Below are positions 33,004 to 45,700 of a stretch of DNA of 51,866 nt, piece by piece. The DNA is from Octopus bimaculoides (Eukaryota): positions 5,686,996-5,738,861 of the forward strand of contig NC_068986.1 of NCBI RefSeq assembly GCF_001194135.2. Reading direction: 5' to 3'. Each line of letters opens with the position of its first letter. Position 1 is the first letter of the stretch. The notes beneath the pieces are model-generated. The model was not told the DNA's origin. It saw nothing but the letters and a program-made list of their open reading frames with translations, and did not search any database. Both the position numbers and the translations under genes were made by a program.

Positions 33004-36000
33004 AGTGTGTGTGTGCATATTTAATTAAATGACAATATTATGGTATTTTGCAGTTTATTAATTTACTTTCATTTCGTTCTCATACTGTTGATATCGTTTC
33101 AAATACAACACCTTATATTTATTTTTAATGCGTCACCAAGTATTGATGATGGTGATGATGTAAAATGGATAACAAAACTTGTATCATCAGTCGCAATATT
33201 AGCAAGTGCAATAAATAGCAACGAATGTGTAATGTTACGATGTGGAATACACGTAAAAATAGTTTTGTATATTAACGGTCATTTTTTTTTCAGATCTACC
33301 TGTTTACTAATTCAGACGCAGATCCTATTTTGATCTTTTTATATATTATCCTGGAATGTTGTATTCATTTTACTGTTTTCAACGTTTAATCTATTTATTT
33401 GAAAGAAAATGCTATCCGCGAACTTCACAATTTTCTCTAATATTAAATTTTATTTTAAAAATATATGTATAGTCTTTCTTCTAACTTTTAGAGAGCATTT
33501 TAATAGGTGTGAAACGGAAATATTAGCAATTATTATGAAATAATGTTGAGTATGCTAAAGGTAGTTCTGGTCCCTAGACAAATTGATCATCTACAGTTGT
33601 ACCATCTTAGCTGCTTATAAATTCTTCTAGTAACCATGTCATTCACTTCATTGTCAACATCTCCAGTTAATCTGACATTAAGTCACGTTGTCTAACACTC
33701 TTAAGACCAGCTGCTATTTTTGCTGCTTTTCTATACTTAGCCAATAACCAATAATTATTTGAATCATTTGCCCTTGCAAAGAAACACCCACTTTAACTAT
33801 GAAATTGTCATGTCTTGCAATTTTCAGTATCTCCGACTATCTTTGCTTTCTGACTTGCTTCACACTAACCCAGATGATGCAGTGATTGTAATTTTTACAT
33901 TTTACGCAGTCTACACCAGTCAGTTTCCCAAATTCATATCCCTGATCAACTTAGAGATTTCGTATATGCTCTTCGTACTTTCCTAACCTTCGAAACCATT
34001 TTCGGTCTAGACATTACGCAGTTACCCCTCACGACTCTCTGGGCACTTCATCATCATTGCCTTTCTGTCAATAAACACTATGATAGTGCAGTCTATAAAT
34101 TCTGAACATTCAAGCAACCTATTTGATAGTTTCTTCAGCAATTTGAAACTGGTTACTTGAGACGACAAATGACTCATTCTTGAGCCAAGCGCGCAAATAC
34201 AAACAATTTATAGAAATAAATCCAGAGAGCAAAAGATGCATTTATGTGACATAAGTCCTGCAATCTTTCGGTTCCTGATAGTTGTCACTGTAATGCTGGA
34301 AAATTGCCAAATAACTTTTCTTAAGCTCAGGTGAATCTTTCTCTTTGCCACTATTTAACCGAAACAGCTTTATAAGCAATAATTCTGCCGACAAAGCTAT
34401 CACATTTGATAGCTCACCTTCTTTCAGCTCCACTTATTAGATCTGTGGGACCCCCCATTCTTTACTCACACTTCTTATCTCCCTTTGTTCATATCTACCA
34501 GTTGCTATACTTTCATGTTAGAAAGGAAATCTACTCACTTAAATTTAGTTTTCATTCGCTGATCAAGAGGAAAATTTCAACCAAGAAATTTTTGTATATG
34601 GCATACTCATACCATTGGCCAATTTGAATTATTTCCTTTAGTTAACATTATTATTTTGCAAATAACACTGGCCAAAAAATTGTACTATGCTGATGAGGTT
34701 TAATGAATTGAAATATGTACATAGTTGTTTGCCCCCTTGGTTGTAAACAATCCTAAAATTGAGCCCACAGACATGTAAATTAACTTTGAGAGATTAGTTC
34801 TTAATGTCTTGGAATTGTCTCTTATGAGAGTTACTAATAACTGGCACAAGGCTTTTATATTCTTTCTTCAATTAAGAGGGAAGTTTCATTGATTTAAAGA
34901 TTTTTTGAACATTGTATTCAGTATGTCCTCCGTTGACTTTTTATCCAAAAGCAGTATTCATCCAATATTGTCTTTGCTTTTTCATCATTGGTTCCTACAG
35001 AAGCCTCGATTCCTGCTATTTGTCTTTAGTCTTTTATAGAGTTGCAAAAATTCCAAGTATTTTCTGACCAGTTTTCTTTGTTATGTTTCATGGATGAAAA
35101 GTTACTATCTTTTGTCTTTCAGCGATTGTTAGTTCACATGTAATATTTGAGCTTGCGCCTTGACTTTGCAAACTTTCTGCCTTTGGATATTCATCAGCAC
35201 TTTGCATCCACTTTTCCCTACTGATATGGGGGAGATCGTTTTACTGAGGTAATGTCTTTTGGCTAGATTCCCTTTTTGTTGAAAACCTTTTAACTGACTC
35301 TTTCAACATGCAGTGTCATGTGTACCTTCTTTCAAACTGGGATATGCATTATTATCAACCTTTGACTATTGAGATTTTTGTCCTGAAATATTAAAAAAAC
35401 ACAACAGAACATCTAATTCTCAAGAAACACAATCTATTGTTTCTAGTTTTCACCTTCAGTATACTGGCTGGCACCAAGCCAACTCAGTCATTTGTAATTC
35501 TTAACATGATTGCAATATTTGGAAACATTTTGCTTGATTTTGCTTACAAAATTGTAAAATTAAGTTAAATGTTTTATTATTGGATTGGCAGAAATTTTGT
35601 TCTGGTTCTTGGTGTGTTCTTATTCTAAATCCACTTGTGGTCAATCTTGCCTTTCTTTCTTCTTGGGTTAAAAAATAAAGTACTGGGATTTATATAATTA
35701 ACTAATTCCCCATTGCAAATACCCTGGTCTTTTGTCTGTTAGAAATGATTATTAACAGTGTTAAAGAATGGCATAAAGGATGGAAACTGTTTGAAAACTT
35801 TGCGTAGGTCTCTGCGCAGGAATCACCAAGCTTTTGGCAAAATTTGATGCAGATTCTCAGCTCAACTTTCTCTGTCATGGTCAATGCAATGATCACACGT
35901 TACACACCTTTCTAAGCAGCGGCGAACTGGCAGAAACGTTAGCACACTGGGCGAAATGCTTAGCAGTATTTCGTCTGCCGCTACGTTCTGAGTTCAAATT

Positions 36001-37962
36001 CCACCGATGTCGACTTTGCCTTTCATCCTTTCGGGGTCGATCAAATAAGTTCCAGTTACGCACTGGGGTCGGTATAATCGACTTAATCCGTTTGTCTGTC
36101 CTTGTTTGTCCCCTCTGTGTGTAGCCCCTTGTGGGTAGTAAAGAAATAACACACCTTTCTAAGCACTGCTTTAAATGGCAGAAGTTAGCTAGAATGTTAA
36201 AACTTAGTGCTCATGCACAGCAAAGTTCAAGGTCATTCTGTGCCAAGCGGCTTTACTCTGTGTGCTTCATTACTATGACAATAGTTCGAATACTTATTGA
36301 TCAGACCATGCATGTGTGTGTCTGTGCACACACTCACACGTATATAGAATGTACAGGTAAAACAATGAGGTTCATTTAGTTAACTCTATTCCTTTTACCT
36401 TTTGAAAATACAGTCTTGTGTGCTGTAAAAAGAAATCAACATTTTATTTTCAGTGTTCATTAAATGAGCTATGAAAATTTGATTGAAAGAAAGTGTAATG
36501 AATGAGAGAGCTGGGTATGGAAGGAATTGTTTACAATAGCAAAGTTGGAACTAAAGTTTATGTTTCAAAATTTTTATGAAACACGATCTGTTTTGTCTTG
36601 TTAAGGTCATGAGTACCTCTTTTGTTCTGATGCCACATTCAAATGCACCCACTACACTATTAGATATAGGAAGGGTTTCCAACCAAGGAAACCAAGATCG
36701 AAAGTGAAATGTATTAAGAATCAGTCCTCTGACCCATCTAGAAGGGCAGGTAACTCTGAATAAGAACGGACTTGGACTGTGATGACCCATTCAACCCATG
36801 TCAGCATAGAAAGTAGACATAAAATCATGTTGGTGATAATTATGTTGACATTACATGTGCCACACAGAAACACATAAATAGCTGCTGGTTGTCCATGCTT
36901 GTTCTAAAGTGATGCAGTTTTACATGAAGGTTGTTGCTTGTATTTTCTCTTATGAAAGTGAAAATGAAAAGAAAAGTAATCAACAGTATGTTTTTACTGA
37001 AAGACTTCTAACATTTTATTTTCAGCTGATAGTCTGACTTGAATAATTTTTACAATTTTACTGGTTCATTTTAATCAGCTGGTCATATATTACTTGAAGT
37101 GAATTAAGGATCAGCCTGGTTCTTATTTGTTGGCATAAATGTCCTTCCTTATATTATTTTGGATTAGCATCATCATCATTTAACATCTGGTGTGCATGCT
37201 GGTGTGAGTTGGATGGTTTGACAGAACTGGCAAGCTGAAGAGCTGCGTCAGACTCCAGTCTCATTGGACCTGATTTCTACAGCTGGATGCCCTTCCTAAT
37301 GCCAACCACTCCAAGAGTGTACTGGCACTGCATGGGCGCTTTTATACAGCATCAGACAGGTGCTTTTACGTGGCACCACATGGGCACTTTTACATGCTAC
37401 CTCACAGGCACTTTTATGTGGCGAAGCCACGAGTGCCTTGCACCACCAGAAAGACTAGTCTTAACACGTCTGCTGCAGAGTATGGGCTTTCTTGAGTATT
37501 ATATCTGTATATATTATATTCTCTTAAATCCTATTGTATTATATCATATTTATTTTTGCCTGATTAATCCAATGTTCCACTCTATCTTGGCAGTGGACTG
37601 GGAGAATTGTTAGAAAGTTGGGGAAAATGTTTTGCAATATTTGTTCTGAGTTGAAATCCTGTCTTTCCTCTTTTTGGGGGTCAATAAAATAAAGTACCAA
37701 GTATTGGGGTTGACTAATTCTCACACCTTGAAATTGTTGATCTTGTACCTAAATTAGAAACCATTTTTTTTTTAATCTTTGTATGCTATGCATATATCAC
37801 TTCTTTTTCAGTGTATACTGTGTATACTTTCTTTCTTTCCTTTTTTTGTATCATTTCATTATATGTAAACACCCACACTTTATGCCTGTCTTTGTATTGT
37901 CCCCCTCATCCTTTGCTCTTGTGGCAAATAAATTATCATTATTATTATTATTATTATTATTA

Positions 37963-38011
<49 letters not shown>

Positions 38012-41000
38012 GGTGGTAAGCTGGCAGAACCATTAGCATGCCAGACAAAATGATTAGTGTCATTTCATCTGTCTTTATGTTCTGAGTTCAAATTCTGCCA
38101 GGGTTGACTTTGTCTTTCATTCTTTTGGAAGTTGACTTGCCCTCTCCCCTAAAAAATTTCAGGTTTTGTGCCTATAGTAGAAAGGAGGGATCTTTCTGAT
38201 TTGGCGGGCGCCATTATTTATTTATGCTTCATTTCATGTGTTTTCTACTGAAACACATTAAAATTTCGTATACTTGTATATTTTGTCTTATAGAACAGAG
38301 AAAAATTTTTATATTCAAAGTTAATTCATGTTAAAAGTTGTCGTATTTCAGTAATTTCAACCAGTCACTGACGTCTATTGAGGTGAAAACAATTACTGCT
38401 GTGGAATGTAAACAACACGTTGTGGCGGTGTAATGGGATCTTTTCCTTTGAATAAAATTAGTGCCGTTGTTTGTCAACAACAACTATCGGCAGTACTGTT
38501 ATTTATGACATCATTCGTGTGTTTGTACTGGTTTTAGCTTTAGATTTTTAGGGTTAAGGTTCGGGTTTTAGAGTTAGGGTTTTAGGGTTAGGGTTAGGTA
38601 AAACCAGTACAAACGCATGAACAATGTCATAAATAACAGTACCGCCGATAGTTGTTGTTGACAAACAACGGCACTAATTTTATTCAAGGGAAAAGATCCC
38701 ATTACACCGCCACAACGTGTTGTTTACATTCCACAGCAGTAATTGTTTTCACCTCAATAGACGTCAGTGATTGGTTGAAATTAACAAAATACGACAATTT
38801 TAGCACGAAATAACTTTAAAAAGATAAAATTTTCTCAATAACACTAAGAGTAGAAGATGTTTTATATGACACATTCTACCAGTGTCCCAAGTTTGAAAGT
38901 GTTTCGTTAAGAAAACAAGTGGCGTCCGCCAAATCAGAAAGATCCAAAAGGATTAATATTGTTGCTGTTGGTGGTGGTGGTGTTATTACACAATTAATGA
39001 CCTCAGAGAGATTATCATCTCCTTGCTGAATTGCACTTTAAATTATTACTCTTTAGCTCTTACTATTGATATTTATCTAAACTGGGTGGAATGACAAATT
39101 TAGCTTAGCTTTAGCCAACTGCTTGTAGGTTTGTAGTCAGCAATGCACTTAGTTATTGGTTGTTAATTAATGAGGCTTAAGCATCATGACATTGCTTTAA
39201 TTGTTACACCTTAAGTTGCTGTTTTAATTTTTTAATTCCTTATACTCTGAAAGATAATTTTAAAATTACTCTTTCTTTGATGTTATATTCTGTGTACATT
39301 GCTAATAAATATAATCTTGTTTATTTATTTTTGTTATATTAAACTCAGTTAAGACTAAAAGCAGTAGTTTCTCCCGCATATTGCATGGAAAAATGCGAGC
39401 ATGAAAAGTCATATTCTTAAGATTATAAACCTGGAAGAGTACAGGACAAGTTATTACACCTGTAAAAGTATAGAACAAGCTATTCTTGTGAAGTAAAGAA
39501 TAAGAAGCTTTTTACTTAAAATATTGCAGCAAAGAATGCCAGTTCTTCTAATTTATCACTCTTTACAGTTCTCATCTTTTAAATTTATTGTACAAAACTG
39601 TTCAGCTAATTTGTAAGTTTATCTAATTAGTCACTTTTTTCCTGTATTTAAGGTAGTAAATTAGCCAAATTCTACTTAAATAAGTATAATGTTATTTGTA
39701 AACTGTAACAAAATAAGTTTTAATATTCAAATTTTAATTTTAGCTGCAATATTTTAAGCAAAAAGTTTCTTATTCTTTACTTTACTAGAAGTAATAGCTT
39801 GTCCTATACTTTTACAGGTGTAATAACTTGTCCTATACTTTTCCAGATTTATAATCTTAAGAATATTNNNNNNNNNNNNNNNNNNNNNNNNNNNNNNNNN
39901 NNNNNNNNNNNNNNNNNNNNNNNNNNNNNNNNNNNNNNNNNNNNNNNNNNNNNNNNNNNNNNNNNNNNNNNNNNNNNNNNNNNNNNNNNNNNNNNNNNNN
40001 NNNNNNNNNNNNNNNNNNNNNNNNNNNNNNNNNNNNNNNNNNNNNNNNNNNNNNNNNNNNNNNNNNNNNNNNNNNNNNNNNNNNNNNNNNNNNNNNNNNN
40101 NNNNNNNNNNNNNNNNNNNNNNNNNNNNNNNNNNNNNNNNNNNNNNNNNNNNNNNNNNNNNNNNNNNNNNNNNNNNNNNNNNNNNNNNNNNNNNNNNNNN
40201 NNNNNNNNNNNNNNNNNNNNNNNNNNNNNNNNNNNNNNNNNNNNNNNNNNNATTCTATGCAAAAAATCAAATTTTTTTTTTCTTAGTGAAAATCATGCGG
40301 GTGTTAATATAGAAATTTACCATAATGTTGTTGCTATTTAGCCTCAACCCTGATACTGCAAACCTGTCATCAAAGACATTCCAGCCTTCAGCAAACTGTC
40401 TTTTTAGGGATAATCTGCAATGGGTGTGTGATTTAGGTAGGGAGATACTTTGGTTGCTATTTTTAGCATGTCGAGTGACCAGGTAGAGGCTCTTTCATTG
40501 GTTCAATTGTGTAATGAAATTTTTTTTACACATATATGTAATGTGTATATATATCATTGGCAGAAGTTAGAGAGTAAGTAAAAAGCTGAGAGTTTCGTGT
40601 ATTGGCACTTATCAAACACGAATTTGTCTATTGTCACTCTGTAACTTCTGACGAAATAATTTCTAAAATACAAAATTTTGTCAAAAAACATTAAGAGTAA
40701 ACCCTGTTCTATGTGACACATTCTACCAGTATTGGAAGTTTGAAAGAATTTAGTTAAAAAAAAATTAATTAAATAATCTGTATGTCAGTCGATCTCAGTG
40801 AAATTTGAACTGAAAACATAAAGACAGATGAAATACTGCTAAACATTTCACTTGGCACGCTAATGTTTCTGTCAGCGTACCGCCTTAGAAAGTAAACGTT
40901 CATTTTAGAAATATATTCTTTATTCTTATTGCTTATACATAACTTCTTACTTCCTTACATAAAACTTCATAACATTTTACCTCATAACTGTTTTTCTACT

Positions 41001-42701
41001 AATTTTTGTTCAATGCGACTAACGATTCCGAATTCCTCATGCATTTTTCTATAATTTAAGCCTAAGAAAAGTATACTTTTATTTTAAAATTTAAAAGTTT
41101 ATTTTTAATTGAAGATGAATATCTGCCTTACTGCCCACTTGAGGTCTGACATATTTTGATGTAACTTTTTTTCTACTGAACCAAATCTCAAACTATTTAT
41201 GCCAAAATGTAGCCGAGGAGGTGTCCTCTTTAAAACTATCAACAGTTTGCAATTTAGTTGAGAACTGAATTGGTGAAGCTTGGAAGCCGCTACGATTGAC
41301 GAAATGGTGGACTTAATATATTCAACCACTACCCTGGTTGAATGATACTGATACAACTAATATATTCTGTTCAGTTTGCATTCGACATTCAAAAAAAATA
41401 ATAACATTTCTCTTATCAATTTCCCTTATATTGATGCTTGCTGTTATTTATTCCAAGCAATCACAAATTAAAGGTTATACATACCTGTTTTATATTCAAA
41501 CTGACCAAATCAGGCCACTCATTGGAATTTTAAAGCTACAGACTAATGCATGATTAATTCAAAACAATGTGAATAAATAAACATTGCATTTAACAGAGTA
41601 ATCTGAATGCTAAAGGATTAAACCAGTTTCAATTTTTAAAAAAAAATGTTTCCTTTTCAAAAAAAAAAATATCCCAAAGTAAGAATAATTCTTAAAAGTA
41701 ACATTTCTTTAGTAATTTGAATATGTCTCTTCAAAATTGCGTTAAACCAGTAAGTTAACCACAAAAGGTGCATAAAATGGGTAATTTGAAGGCCTATTGC
41801 TATCTAATTTTCCTTTTAATTCATTTTGAAATAGTTCTATCTACTCTAATTTGCAGTTTTTTTCAGATATTTTTTCTTCTCTTGTCAAAAATGCTGTCAC
41901 TTTTCATCAAATACTCATTATGTTTTAGTCTTTTTTTTTCAGCTAGAATTCTTGATTCCTTCAATTATCAAATGTCCACCTTTTTTTATTATAGTCAGCT
42001 CGTTATATATCTTCTCTATCTAAATTATGTAATCCAGTCATTCATCCATCTTTTCCACCTATTATTCCTGAGAGGTTGTAGTGGGTTAAGTCCTCATACC
42101 ACCTCCTCCATAGAGTCCCTTCAGAAGCAACCATTATTACACTTTCCAGTTGGATTCCTAAGTGTGATCAACTGAAATTATGGATATCATTCAACCATCC
42201 CATTCTTGATCTACCTCTATGCCTCCTGCTGCTTGGCTCAGCTTGAAGAATCTATCTTGTGATTCTTTCCTCTAACATTCTAATCATATGTCCATAGTGC
42301 TAGAGCTGTGACCTCTCAATGCAGAGTAGTGGTGTCCTTGCTGGGAGAGAATCCCAGATCTCTGAGCTTACCCACCCTGTTAAGTAACATTACTCTGGAA
42401 GTCCTTCAGAGGAACCCCATTTCAACCACTTGTATATATTCTTTTACTTGTTTCAGTCATTTGACTGTGGCCATGCTGGGACACTGCCTTAAAGGGTTTT
42501 AGTTGAAGAAATCAACCCCAGAACTTAATCTTTGTAAGCTTAATATTCATTCTATCAGTCTCTTTTGCCAAACAACTAAGTTACAGGGATTAAACATACA
42601 TACATACATACACACATACATATAAAATATTTAAATAAAAGAAGGGTAAGAAAATTTCATATTATACTTGCTTAGTTAGAAATCTTGCAGTAATAATGCT
42701 T

Positions 42702-42752
<51 letters not shown>

Positions 42753-45700
42753 ATGGCTTCTTTCAGTTTCCATCTACCAAATCCGCTCACGAGGTGCCAT
42801 GCAGTGAGACTGAACCCAGAACCATGTGGTTGGGAAGCAAGCTTCTTACCACACAGTTATACCTGTGCCTATAAAATAATTATATATTTTTTTGTCATTA
42901 CCTAACATTCCTGACCATATATTTGAGACCAAACTTATTCATTCTAATGCTATTCATCTATGCTTATGAATATTCCAAATATTTTTTGTAGAAAATGGTA
43001 TAATCAAATCAGAGAGAGTTCGTGACACAATGAAAGCAGTTGATCGTGGCGACTTCTGTCAGCGTAACCCTTATGCTGATTCTCCACAGACTATTGGATA
43101 TGCTGTTACAATAAGTGCTCCGCATATGGTAAGTTCTGCATTTTATAATGTAAAGTGAAAAATATCATTTTACTGATTTCTAAATTGTTCATTTCGAATT
43201 TAATTTCTTTATTAAATTTCTTAATTTTTAGCATGCGTATGCATTGGAGTTGTTAAAAAATCACTTAGTTGATGGAAACCGTGCTCTTGATGTTGGCTCT
43301 GGAAGTGGATACCTTACTGCATGTATGGCATTGATGGTGAGTAAAAGAAAATATTTAACAGTTTTTATAGGGATTATATTTTTCAAGAGGAGGCGCAATG
43401 GCTCAGTGGTTAGGGCAGCGGACTCGCGGTCATAGGATCACGGTTTTGATTCCCAGACCGGGCGTTGTGAGTGTTTATTGAGTGGAAACACCTAAAGCTC
43501 CATGAGGCTCCGACAGGGGATGGTGGCGAATCCTGCTGTACTCTTTCACCACAACTTTCTCTCACTCTTTCTTCCTGTTTTTGTTGTGCCTGTAATTCAA
43601 AGGGTCAGCCTTGTCACGCTGAATATCCCCGAGAACTACGTTAAGGGTACACGTGTCTGTGGAGTGCTCAGCCACTTGCACGTTAATTTCACAAGCAGGC
43701 TGTTCCGTTGATCGGATCAACTGGAACCCTCGACATCGTAAGCGACAGAGTGCCAACAACAACATATTTTTCAAACTATGTGTTTGGATAACGTATTTAG
43801 TGGAATAAAATGGAAAGCTTAATTCATACTTACTAAGCACCAAATTGCAAATTAAACAGCAGTATGTCTTACAATTAACAAGAAACATTATTTTATTGCC
43901 AAAATTTATATATCTTGTAATGTACTATTCATGATCAATTGGGTTTTAATTATCTGAAGTATATTTATGATGTAATGGTATCATTGTCATCATTGTTTTA
44001 CAGCTGCTTTCCATGGTAGCATGAGTTGGACTGGTCATATAGGTCAGCTCATCTTTGGCGCTGATGTGTCCCCTGACTCTGCTAGATGGTTTCTGGGTAA
44101 ATTTTATTGTGGTATCAGCACTAAAGAAGTTACCTTCTACTTTTTAAGACTGTAAAGTCTTAGAGAGTATTTAGAGTTCCCACAATTCTATCAAATGCTC
44201 ATTTGCTCAAAGTATAGACCAATACTAAAGAAATTAAATTACAGAAGAGGAGACAAGATGGGTAGTTTGAGGGGACAATAGTATGAGGGTAGAAATAGTA
44301 ATGGGTTGGTGGGGTGAGAGTCTGACTGTAGAAACAGATTGATGGGATGAGAAAATGATAGAGTGAGGGCATGCCAGAACCTCCTGGAAAATAACCATAG
44401 CGAGGGACATTCCACAGTTGAATTAGAACAGTCACAAACAGTGAAAGAAGACATGCACCCAACACTAGAGCTGAAGACACCTCCGAAAGGAGGGGCCCCG
44501 CCACGTCAAAACGGTAGAGGAGTAGGGGCCGAAACTGGACGTGGTTCCTCCTGATGATGTCTTGAGCTAACTGGATCCTATAAAGGAGCTGTTGTGGTAG
44601 CAGACCATGAAACATGGTTGAAATTCCTCCATTAACAGTATAGTACATTGGTTAGATATGGGGTGGGGTATGAGTGAAATGAGAATTAGAAAGTATCGTG
44701 AGGTAGTGAGAGCTGAAGATATTTATTTAGCTGGGATTATTGGACTACAGTTTCAGATGCAGGTGACTCTTAGTCTTCATCATTATTGCTAGTTTTTAAT
44801 GCTTTTAAGCTTTTATCTTCTGTTTCACCATACTTGCTTGCATAAGTTAACAGGGACTCTTCAGCAATGTGTGTTGCCAGCCAGCTCAGTCCTTTGTCAT
44901 CTCCACTGTAAGATATAGCATCTTGTTCATGTTATTTAAATGAATCCTTTGATTTCCCTTATCTAAATACTGGTCTATTTTGTCTTTGAATATGATCGCT
45001 GACTGAGCAATAGAAATCTTAATATGAGACTTATTGTAAAAGCATTGATATCATTTTAAAATGGTGACATCTTGTAGTAAATGCATTAAGATACTCTTTG
45101 TTAAGTATTAGTAACAATACCAGTATAATCTTGGCTTGTTTTATTCCTCAATCAGTAGAGACTACAATTACAGAGTTTAGTTCTTGATCAGGTATGGCTG
45201 TGCGTTTAAGGATTTCATTTCGAACCATGTGGTTTCTGATTCAGTCTCACTGTGTAGCACCTTGGGCAAGTGTCTTTTATCTTAAATCACACACACACAC
45301 ACACACAAAATTATTTATGCATAGTCATATGAATTCCTATGTGTAAAACATACATTTGCAAAAAAATTTCTGAAAATTCCAAAAAATAAAAAGTTATGAA
45401 GGGCTGTATAGGGTCCTTAAACCAGAATTCCACCTAATTTTTGTATTATATTTTTCTTCAATTTTTGTTTTTCAGGTTGGGGAAACTGGTTTGGCTGTTG
45501 GAATCGATCATATAGACAAGTTGGTGCAGTCCTCAATTGACAATGTAAAGAAAAAACAGCGACTTGGATTCTTACTAGATAAGGGTCAGATGAAATTAGT
45601 TGTTGGTGATGGAAGATTAGGATACAAGCCAGATGCTCCCTATGATGCTATCCATGTTGGAGCTGCAGCTGCAGTTTTGCCAGATTCTGTAAGAATTTCT

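Noticed and set aside
37783-38063. Poly-L, poly-Y and poly-N ORFs
   Set aside because: Translations of the (ATT)n microsatellite. The ORFs at 49544-50651 and 51373-51660 similarly come from dinucleotide tracts.
39799-40341. ORFs spanning the N run
   Set aside because: Artefacts of translating the gap.
44200-44640. 149-aa minus-strand ORF as a gene
   Set aside because: No recognisable domain; looks like a decayed LINE 3' region antisense in PCMT1 intron 3. Family could not be assigned.
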